A stretch of 10,400 nt of DNA from Chlamydiota bacterium (GTDB lineage Bacteria > Auribacterota > JACPWU01): contig JACPWU010000051.1 in the NCBI GenBank assembly GCA_016196885.1, positions 1 to 10,400 on the forward strand, in the 5' to 3' direction. Of the stretch, positions 1-6,635 are shown piece by piece. Made by a program: the position numbers and the translations under genes. How positions within the stretch are numbered: position 1 is the first letter of the stretch; the number at the start of each line of letters is the position of its first letter. Below the pieces are notes generated by a model. It saw nothing but the letters and a program-made list of their open reading frames with translations. It was not told where the DNA came from and made no database searches.

Positions 1-847
1 TCATGGCTTTTTCAGCAACCAAGGCAATAATCTCTGCAGAAGCTCCAAAAGATTTCCAGCTCGTATCTGCAACAATTAATCGTCCTGTTTTCCGCACTGA
101 ATGAAGAATAAGGGTCTCATCCAAAGGATAAAGCGTCCGTACGTCTACCACCTCAAGCTGAATCCCCTCCTCAGCCAAAACCTCCGCAGCCCTTAACGCC
201 TCCAAAACCATGTAAGAAATCGCTACAACGGTCACATCTTTTCCCTCGCGAGCCACTTTGGCTTTTCCAAGGGGAACACGATACATCTCTTCAGGAACAG
301 GGCCGCTGATATTGTGTAGCCACCGATGCTCAATAAAAATGACAGGATTATTGTCCTCAATGCTTGAAATCAAAAGGCCCTTTGCATCATAAGGAGTGAC
401 CGGCATGACCACTTTAAGGCCCGGAATATGAGCAAACCAGGATTGTAAACTCTGTGAATGCTGAGGCCCTTGCCCCCAACCTCGCCCAACGATGAGACGC
501 ACAACAAGAGGAACAGAAGCCCGTCCCCCAAACATGTAATGCCATTTAGCAGCTTGATTCACCATTTGCTCCATGGCAAGGATTGCAAAATCAATCCGCT
601 GATGCGTCAAAATGGGCCTCATGCCCACAAGCGCTGAACCAAGGGCAACTCCCGTTATGCCATTTTCAGCCGTGGGCATGTCCATGATACGATCACTTCC
701 GTATTTCTCTTGTAAGCCTAAAGTCGTTCCAAAAATCCCTTTAGGATCTGGAACTCCTAAGCCCATGATATAAACATGAGGATCTTTGGCTAAGCAAAGA
801 TCAAAAGCTTCATGAATTGCCTCAAAAAATTTTAATTCTCGTGGCAT
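1..847 (-). CDS. TPP-dependent 2-oxoacid dehydrogenase E1 beta-subunit-like protein (transketolase-like pyrimidine-binding and C-terminal domains); 3' end lies beyond the window
   Basis: I translated the minus strand from the ATG at 845-847. It is absent from the ORF track because it runs off the edge. Product: MPRELKFFEAIHEAFDLCLAKDPHVYIMGLGVPDPKGIFGTTLGLQEKYGSDRIMDMPTAENGITGVALGSALVGMRPILTHQRIDFAILAMEQMVNQAAKW...VVDVRTLYPLDETLILHSVRKTGRLIV... The frame stays open to position 1. An AAGGA Shine-Dalgarno lies 8 nt upstream, and the start is 12 nt after the alpha-subunit stop. Confidence 0.85.
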   Translation of the reverse strand, partial: MPRELKFFEAIHEAFDLCLAKDPHVYIMGLGVPDPKGIFGTTLGLQEKYGSDRIMDMPTAENGITGVALGSALVGMRPILTHQRIDFAILAMEQMVNQAAKWHYMFGGRASVPLVVRLIVGRGWGQGPQHSQSLQSWFAHIPGLKVVMPVTPYDAKGLLISSIEDNNPVIFIEHRWLHNISGPVPEEMYRVPLGKAKVAREGKDVTVVAISYMVLEALRAAEVLAEEGIQLEVVDVRTLYPLDETLILHSVRKTGRLIVADTSWKSFGASAEIIALVAEKAM

Positions 848-859
848 TTCTAAAATCCT

Positions 860-1828
860 TTACTGCGCATACACATGCTCCATCAATTCTGACGCTTCAG
901 GAAATGGACTTTTTTTTGCAAAAGCCACTGTCTCCTCGATTTCCTCATCCAACTCTCGAGCAATTTTTTGAAGTTCGACTTCATCCACCCATTTTTGAAG
1001 AAGCAATTCGCTTTGAAGACGAGAAAGTGGACAAATTTTTTTCCATTGCTCAAATTCTTCTTCCGACCGGTATCCCAAATCATTGTCGTAGTTAGGCCCA
1101 CAGTGTTCCCGCCAACGATAGGTTTTAAATTCTAAAAAAGTGGGACCCTCTCCTCTTCTCGCACGTTCAGCAGCCTCTCCCCCTAATCGATAAACTTCTT
1201 TCACATCATTTCCGTCCCCTTGAAAGCTCTCTAATCCATAACCTCTTGCCTGTTCTACTACCTCTCGTCCTACGGGCTGACGAACTGAAAGAGGAGAATA
1301 AACAGAATAGAAATTGTTCTCACAAACAAAAATCACAGGTAATTTTTTTAGAACAGCAAAGTTTACACTTTCTTGAAAAGCACCCTCTTCAGTCGCTCCC
1401 TCTCCAAAGAAAACAACTGAAATTCTCTTTTCACCCTTCATCACCGCCCCCAACGCAGCCCCTACACCCATCGGAATGGTACTGGCCACAATTGGAGTTG
1501 CCCCTAAAAATCCTACTGACAAATCCACCAAATGCATGGATCCGCCTTTCCCCCGAGAACAACCCGTCACCTTACCATAGAGCTCAGCCATCATGGCGCT
1601 TAAATCCCCACCTTTCCCTAAATAATGTCCATGCGAACGATGGCCACTCATTACGTAGTCTTCAGATTTTAAATGCGCACAAATGCCCACTGACACCGCC
1701 TCTTGACCAATACACAAATGAACGGGACACCTGATTTGCTGCTCCGGATAAAGCTCTGCAATTCGTTCCTCGACTTTGCGAATGCGAAGCATTTGGTAGT
1801 ATAGCTTTTTTAGAATTTGGACTTCCAT
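860..1828 (-). CDS. TPP-dependent dehydrogenase E1 alpha-subunit-like protein
   Basis: 322-aa ORF with an ATG start. It carries a thiamine-diphosphate binding motif of the GDG-x26-NN type, here as FFGEGATEEGAFQESVNFAVLKKLPVIFVCENN. Overall it resembles PDH, BCKDH and acetoin dehydrogenase E1 alpha (CPVHLCIGQEAV, SGHRSHGHYLGKGG, GKGGSMH). The cognate beta subunit follows immediately. Confidence 0.9.
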   Translation of the reverse strand: MEVQILKKLYYQMLRIRKVEERIAELYPEQQIRCPVHLCIGQEAVSVGICAHLKSEDYVMSGHRSHGHYLGKGGDLSAMMAELYGKVTGCSRGKGGSMHLVDLSVGFLGATPIVASTIPMGVGAALGAVMKGEKRISVVFFGEGATEEGAFQESVNFAVLKKLPVIFVCENNFYSVYSPLSVRQPVGREVVEQARGYGLESFQGDGNDVKEVYRLGGEAAERARRGEGPTFLEFKTYRWREHCGPNYDNDLGYRSEEEFEQWKKICPLSRLQSELLLQKWVDEVELQKIARELDEEIEETVAFAKKSPFPEASELMEHVYAQ

Positions 1829-1837
1829 AGAGTAATA

Positions 1838-1884
1838 AGAGTGAGTGGTTATTGGTGGGAGGTACTTTTACCACTCACCACTCT
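1838..1884 (-). promoter_or_regulatory. Intergenic stem-loop between the SDR stop and the E1 alpha start
   Basis: AGAGTGAGTGGT (1838-1849) is complementary to ACCACTCAC-C-ACTCT (1870-1884). That gives 9 contiguous bp (1841-1849 with 1870-1878) plus further pairs across a bulge, with a 20-nt loop. On the sense RNA the loop contains CCUCCCACC. No U-tract follows, so it is not a canonical intrinsic terminator. E1 alpha has no obvious SD. Confidence 0.3.
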
Positions 1885-1889
1885 ACCCT

Positions 1890-2879
1890 TCACCTCAACT
1901 GCATTTTTTGCATGGTCTTAATATTATAGTAGCGTGGGTCCGTCATAGAATGAGGAATTTTGTTTGCTTGAAAGGCCTCAACCAAATCTCTCACCGCATC
2001 TTCAATCGTATGCTTTGGAACAAATGCCAATTCTCTTTTGATTTTCTCTGATGAAACATGGTAAGAGCGATTATCATCTGTAGGCGTTGTAACCACTTTC
2101 ACATCTTGGCCTACAATTTTCTTTACCATTTGAGCAATGTCCATCACCTTGCGGTTGTCATAACCTGCATTAAAAATCTTCCCATCTATTTTTTCATCCG
2201 GCCATTCTAAAGACTTCACATAAAGATCCGTCATATCTTCAATATGAATATTGGGGCGAAGTTGATCCCCCCCAAAAACTTTAATCACCCGATTCGTAAA
2301 GGCATGATTGGTTAAAATATTCACCGTTAAATCCAGTCGTAAACGAGGAGAATAGCCACAAACCGTCGCAGGTCTTAAAATCAAGGTGACAAAACCCTTT
2401 GTCCTCTCTTTGAGCAACACCTCTTCGCATAAAGCTTTATACTTTGAATAATCCGTAAGAGGCATGAGAGGCAAATCCTCCGTTACATCCCCTTCTTTAA
2501 TTCCATAAACGCTGGAAGAAGAAGCATAAACAAATCGCTTCACGCCACTTTCTTTAGCAATTTTGACAAGATGAACAAAGGCGTCATAATTGATGGATTT
2601 TCCCAAAGCGGGATCCAATTCAAAACTGGGGTCGTTGGAGATACAAGCCAAATGAATCAGGGCATCACTTCCTGGAACCGTACGCTTCAAAAGAGTTTGA
2701 TCTCTGATATCTCCTTTAATGATTTCAAGATTGGGATGTTCTACAACAGAATCAAAAACATGATCTCCATAAATAAAAAGATCTATCACTTTGACACGAT
2801 ACCCCCTGCCTAAAAGCTTAGGGACAAGAACGGAGCCCACATATCCGGCACCGCCTGTGATATAAATAGTTTGGATCAT
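1890..2879 (-). CDS. NAD-dependent nucleotide-sugar epimerase/dehydratase (extended SDR family)
   Basis: 329-aa ORF with an N-terminal Rossmann motif ITGGAGYVGS, a catalytic YxxxK (YSKYK) preceded by ASSSSVYG, and typical extended-SDR length. Confidence 0.9.
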   Translation of the reverse strand: MIQTIYITGGAGYVGSVLVPKLLGRGYRVKVIDLFIYGDHVFDSVVEHPNLEIIKGDIRDQTLLKRTVPGSDALIHLACISNDPSFELDPALGKSINYDAFVHLVKIAKESGVKRFVYASSSSVYGIKEGDVTEDLPLMPLTDYSKYKALCEEVLLKERTKGFVTLILRPATVCGYSPRLRLDLTVNILTNHAFTNRVIKVFGGDQLRPNIHIEDMTDLYVKSLEWPDEKIDGKIFNAGYDNRKVMDIAQMVKKIVGQDVKVVTTPTDDNRSYHVSSEKIKRELAFVPKHTIEDAVRDLVEAFQANKIPHSMTDPRYYNIKTMQKMQLR

Positions 2880-2880
2880 G

Positions 2881-3261
2881 CTATTTGACTAACGCGTGAG
2901 GGAAGTTCGGACTTTCCGGGTTAACCACAAGCTTGCGATGAGCGGGGGATATAATTAAATCCATATCATCCATGGGCACGGCTCCTAGCAATACTTCATC
3001 TCCCAGGACAAGTGCTCCAACGAAACAATGACGGTTCTCAAATATCATCTCTACAGGTCCAACATACGAAACCAGATGCCGTTTTCCATCAGCAGCCGTC
3101 ACTTCCCTTTTGTTATTTTCCTCGAGCCTTAACTGCAACGCAACATGTTCCGGAATACAAAGTGTCAAAGCGCCTGTATTCACCATGGCTTTTGCCAACA
3201 CCATTTTTAACTTTGGCAAGCGAGGGTTTTTAAGCTGAATTTCTGCATGGATATAACCCAT
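2881..3261 (-). CDS. Small retropepsin-like (clan AA aspartic protease family) protein with Asn at the catalytic Asp position
   Basis: 126-aa ORF with a GGGAG Shine-Dalgarno 6 nt before the ATG. The family-typical layout is present: MGYIHAEIQL..., an active-site loop MVNTGALTLCIP where D(T/S)GA is expected, and C-terminal LLGAVPMDDMDLIISPAHRKLVVNPE. Its stop lies 1 nt from the start of the downstream SDR. Confidence 0.75.
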   Translation of the reverse strand: MGYIHAEIQLKNPRLPKLKMVLAKAMVNTGALTLCIPEHVALQLRLEENNKREVTAADGKRHLVSYVGPVEMIFENRHCFVGALVLGDEVLLGAVPMDDMDLIISPAHRKLVVNPESPNFPHALVK

Positions 3262-3314
3262 ATTGCTCCCTTCTCAGACAGACTGATTTTACCATTTTCC
3301 CTCTAAAAATTCTG

Positions 3315-3911
3315 CTAGACATTCGAATTTTCCAATTCCGGATTTGCAGAATACTCCGCCTTACCAATGATTAAATCGACCAAAGCCAACAACCATAATT
3401 GATGAAGGGTCTCCACCCTATTATAAGCGCGGCTGTCTACCCATAAATTAATATCTCCCAATTTCCGGAGGGGATTATCCGGAGCAAACCCTGAAAATGT
3501 GACAACACTTGAGAATTTTTTCACTCGAGCTGCCTGACAAGCCAACAAAATATTTTTTGAACAACCGCTGGAAGAGATGGCGATCAATAAATCCCCTTCA
3601 TTCCCGTAAAATTCAACAGCCTTCTCCATCCATCTTTCATATCCGTAGTCATTTGCAAAGCAGGTAATGAGACTCGACTCATTGAAATTGATAGAGCGCA
3701 CCCCTGCATTTTTTGTAAGATCTACACTGAAATGACTCGCAATCGCGGCACTGCCTCCATTTCCCACCACAATGGTTTTCCCATGGCGAGCCCCTGTTTG
3801 GACAATACGATCTTTCACGAGAGAGAGACGCGAGATGAGTTCATCTGTCGGAGTTGCCAAACGATTAAACGTTTCTAAATAATCTTTTAAAAATTTCGAG
3901 TCGTTTTGCAT
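3315..3911 (-). CDS. gmhA: SIS-domain sedoheptulose-7-phosphate isomerase (GmhA-like phosphoheptose isomerase)
   Basis: 198-aa ORF of typical GmhA length. Motifs VVGNGGSAAIASHFSVDL and AISSSGCSKN are present. It lies 8 nt downstream of the heptose kinase/nucleotidyltransferase-like fusion. Confidence 0.8.
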   Translation of the reverse strand: MQNDSKFLKDYLETFNRLATPTDELISRLSLVKDRIVQTGARHGKTIVVGNGGSAAIASHFSVDLTKNAGVRSINFNESSLITCFANDYGYERWMEKAVEFYGNEGDLLIAISSSGCSKNILLACQAARVKKFSSVVTFSGFAPDNPLRKLGDINLWVDSRAYNRVETLHQLWLLALVDLIIGKAEYSANPELENSNV

Positions 3912-3919
3912 TTGAGCTT

Positions 3920-5503
3920 CTATTTTAAAAGCGTATCTATACTTTTTAATAATCCAATTTTAGAAATGGCTTGTCCCGTTCCCATCACACCCACTTTTTC
4001 AGCCGCCGCAAGATTACCCAGAAGCAAGGAAAGATCCGTTGGAAGGCCTGCTCCAAACGCGGCAGATGTAATCGCAAGTAGCGTATCTCCAGCCCCAATT
4101 CGGTCCACCACTTTATTTGCGAAGGGGGGACAACTTAAAAAGCCCTCTTCCTCCCGATAGGCCAAGGCCCCCTTTACCCCTCTGGTCATGACAACCGTTT
4201 CACATCCCATGCGACGGTAGAGTTCTTGAATCAATATTTTTTCATCCTTCGTCCGCGTTCGGTATTCATGACGCAATTCCCCCTCGTGAATACAAACATA
4301 ATCTGCTCGGGGATATTTTGAAATGGTGTGATAACCAATGTTAGAAGCATTCACTTGCGTATTGACCGCCAAAAATTTTTTCTGTCTCATCAAAAGTTCT
4401 ACGATTTTATCTGAAATCAAGCCATGTCCATAATCTGCTATCAGAACAATATCATGGTCTGGCAATTGCTTTTCTAATTTTGAGATAAACAAGTCCTCTT
4501 CAGCCTTTGTGATGATTTCATCATTGATTTCATAAACTCCGAAAAGTTTAGACTTAGTATAAGCATCCACATAACGTCTTTTCACAAGAGTTGGGGAATT
4601 GGATTTTGTGATGCAATCGAGATGAACATTCGGCTTCAAATGATTGAGAACAAAATCGTTTCGATCCTGACCATGCCCCACGAAACTCGCAATAGTGATT
4701 TTCTGGCAGAAATCCGATAAGTGATTTGCAATCGCCAACACCCCTCCTGCATAAGTCTCTGTTTGAAGCTTTTGCATCACAAGCATCGGCTCTTTCGCAG
4801 ATTTTCCAATGGCATTACAAAAAACATATTCATCGATAATGGCCTCACCAATTAAAAGAACTCTAAGACTGGATAATCGATCCAAATATTCTCTAATGGC
4901 ATGTGCAGAATATTTTCCTTTGATCCGGTCGAGATACTCCATTTGCTCTTTTGTATAAATTGGAAAATTCTGATTTAGGAGAGCCGAAGAACTGAACGTA
5001 ATGTCATTCGTATATCGAATTTCTCCATCCACAGAGCGTACCGATTCTTCTTCTTCTTTAATCTTTCCCGTTAAATCATTGCGATGATCACGATAGTCGG
5101 GTCCCTTCACATAAATATGAGGCTTTAAACACCGAATCGTTTCCTCTGCTGTCGGCCATTCATTAATGACCACATAATCCACAATATCCAAACTGGCAAT
5201 CATTTCCGCTCGATGACTTTCAGTAAAAACGGGGCGCATCGGCCCCTTATTCACAAATCGATCAGGGGTCAGTGTGACAATCAAAACATCTCCCATCATT
5301 TTGGCTTCTTGAAAATATCGCAAATGCCCAACATGCAATAAATCGAAAACTCCATGGCAGTGAACGATTTTTTTATTTCGGGAACGTAAAATTTCTAACT
5401 CTTGAGCTAAGGCTTCAAGGGATCTTATTTTTCCATGAACTTTCATTGCGATCGGTTCTTCGAATTGATCCGTCTTCATTTTACTAAGGAGGCTATATTC
5501 CAC
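3920..5503 (-). CDS. Bifunctional cytidylyltransferase-family nucleotidyltransferase (N-terminal) / PfkB-family sugar kinase (C-terminal); HldE/RfaE-like with inverted domain order
   Basis: 527-aa ORF. The N-terminal ~190 aa carry the HxGH nucleotidyltransferase motif (IVHCHGVFDLLHVGHLRYF). The C-terminal ~320 aa are PfkB-like (LLIGEAIIDEY, GGVLAIANHL, DRIGAGDT). The start is uncertain: GTG at 5503, with in-frame ATGs at 5479 and 5446. Confidence 0.85.
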   Translation of the reverse strand: MEYSLLSKMKTDQFEEPIAMKVHGKIRSLEALAQELEILRSRNKKIVHCHGVFDLLHVGHLRYFQEAKMMGDVLIVTLTPDRFVNKGPMRPVFTESHRAEMIASLDIVDYVVINEWPTAEETIRCLKPHIYVKGPDYRDHRNDLTGKIKEEEESVRSVDGEIRYTNDITFSSSALLNQNFPIYTKEQMEYLDRIKGKYSAHAIREYLDRLSSLRVLLIGEAIIDEYVFCNAIGKSAKEPMLVMQKLQTETYAGGVLAIANHLSDFCQKITIASFVGHGQDRNDFVLNHLKPNVHLDCITKSNSPTLVKRRYVDAYTKSKLFGVYEINDEIITKAEEDLFISKLEKQLPDHDIVLIADYGHGLISDKIVELLMRQKKFLAVNTQVNASNIGYHTISKYPRADYVCIHEGELRHEYRTRTKDEKILIQELYRRMGCETVVMTRGVKGALAYREEEGFLSCPPFANKVVDRIGAGDTLLAITSAAFGAGLPTDLSLLLGNLAAAEKVGVMGTGQAISKIGLLKSIDTLLK

Positions 5504-5545
5504 CCTACATGGATGATCTTTCTGGTTATAGTTTTCAGCCTCCTT
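5486..5545 (-). promoter_or_regulatory. Perfect 9-bp inverted repeat in the 5' leader of the kinase/nucleotidyltransferase gene, pairing an SD-like AAGGAGG with CCTCCTT
   Basis: AAGGAGGCT (5486-5494) and AGCCTCCTT (5537-5545) are exact reverse complements separated by 42 nt. On the sense RNA the 3' arm ends 6 nt before the ATG at 5479. The repeat lies partly within the largest non-coding gap of the window (5504-5633). Confidence 0.3.
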
Positions 5546-5633
5546 ATCCTTAGTACTGTCATAATTTACACTAAAGTGCTATAAAAACATGTGAATAAAA
5601 TTGAATGAACTGACTTGTAAATTTTTCCCATAT

Positions 5634-6635
5634 TTATCGGCCCAAATATTGAAACCAATCTTTGGTCGCAACCTCAATAGAATCTCTATCCCAAAGTGGG
5701 GCGTCCCGCCATGCGTCAATGTGATCCAGCATGATGCGAACCCCTTTTTGAAAGGAAACTTTAGGTTGCCAGTGTAGAACCCGCTTTATTTTAGCAATAT
5801 CCGCAAAAGTGCAATCAGGTTCTCCAGGCCGTTTGGGAATATGAACCACATCCCCTTGCAATAACTCTACCAACTCGTTCACACGATAAGTGTTTCCAGA
5901 ACCCACATTAAAAACTTCACCCGACACATTTGATTCTGCCGTCCGAAGAAGCGCATCCGCCACATCCGTCACAAAAGTAAAATCTCGGGTTTGATTGCCA
6001 TCCCCTACCACCGTGAAAGGCTTCCCCGCTAACTTCTGGGCCAGAAAAACACCAAAAACGGCTCCATAAGTTCCTGTTGTTCGAGAGCGAGGACCATACA
6101 CATTGAAAAATCGAAGAGAAACGGCAGGCATCTTGTAAGTCTTTTCCCAATGAAGCACATATTGCTCACCCAAATATTTAGTCAATGCATACGGATACAT
6201 GGGGCGAATAGGCGCTGTTTCGGGAGTCGGATATTGATCTGGAATTCCATAGCACGAGGATGAGGCTGCATAAATGAAACGTTTGACCCCTGCAAGACGT
6301 GACGCTTCTAAAACACAAGCCGTCCCATCCACATTCGAACGATGATAGACCAAAGGTTGCTGAATAGAAGGAACAATATCGGCCAATGCCGCCAAATGAA
6401 AAACCCAGTCTATTTTTTCAAAAAATGGTTTGATCTCTTCAATATGGGACACATCTATTTCATGACAAGAAAATCTTGGGTTCTCACTGGCTTTTTCTAA
6501 ATTTGATATTCTACCCGAGGATAAATTATCTAATACCGTGACCCTGTGTCCTTCTGTCAGCAGTCGGTCCACTAAATGACTGCCGATAAAACCTGTCCCG
6601 CCGGTCACAAGACAACGCATCGAATTATTTTGCAT
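5634..6635 (-). CDS. NAD-dependent nucleotide-sugar epimerase/dehydratase (extended SDR family)
   Basis: 333-aa ORF with LVTGGTGFIGSHLV, catalytic YALTK (YxxxK), RFFNVYGPR and GDGNQTRDFTFVTDVA motifs. Its start overlaps the wzt stop by 11 nt. An alternative ATG at 6620 would leave a 4-nt gap instead. Confidence 0.9.
   Translation of the reverse strand: MQNNSMRCLVTGGTGFIGSHLVDRLLTEGHRVTVLDNLSSGRISNLEKASENPRFSCHEIDVSHIEEIKPFFEKIDWVFHLAALADIVPSIQQPLVYHRSNVDGTACVLEASRLAGVKRFIYAASSSCYGIPDQYPTPETAPIRPMYPYALTKYLGEQYVLHWEKTYKMPAVSLRFFNVYGPRSRTTGTYGAVFGVFLAQKLAGKPFTVVGDGNQTRDFTFVTDVADALLRTAESNVSGEVFNVGSGNTYRVNELVELLQGDVVHIPKRPGEPDCTFADIAKIKRVLHWQPKVSFQKGVRIMLDHIDAWRDAPLWDRDSIEVATKDWFQYLGR

Noticed and set aside
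910-917. Homopolymer tracts in coding sequence, considered as slipped-strand phase-variation sites: T8 at 910-917, T7 at 1036-1042, T7 and T6 at 8584-8597, T6 at 9082-9087
   Set aside because: All of them decode as runs of AAA lysine codons in an AT-leaning genome, and all are in frame as sequenced. Tracts of 6-8 nt are at or below the length usually needed for appreciable switching. No population data are available.
817-1101. ORFs 817-1095 (+) and 883-1101 (-) overlapping the 3' end of E1 alpha
   Set aside because: Both are alternative frames or strands of sequence already explained by the E1 alpha C-terminus and the E1 beta start. Neither has motifs or an RBS.
1246-1734. 162-aa plus-strand ORF, the longest antisense ORF in the window
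   Set aside because: It lies entirely inside the well-supported E1 alpha gene on the other strand. Its P/L/S/Q-rich low-complexity translation has no recognisable motif, which is typical of an antisense shadow ORF.
5917-6150. 77-aa minus-strand ORF in a second frame inside the 5634-6635 SDR gene
   Set aside because: It is an out-of-frame overlap with a strongly supported SDR. Its C/G/S/R/W-rich translation has no family resemblance.
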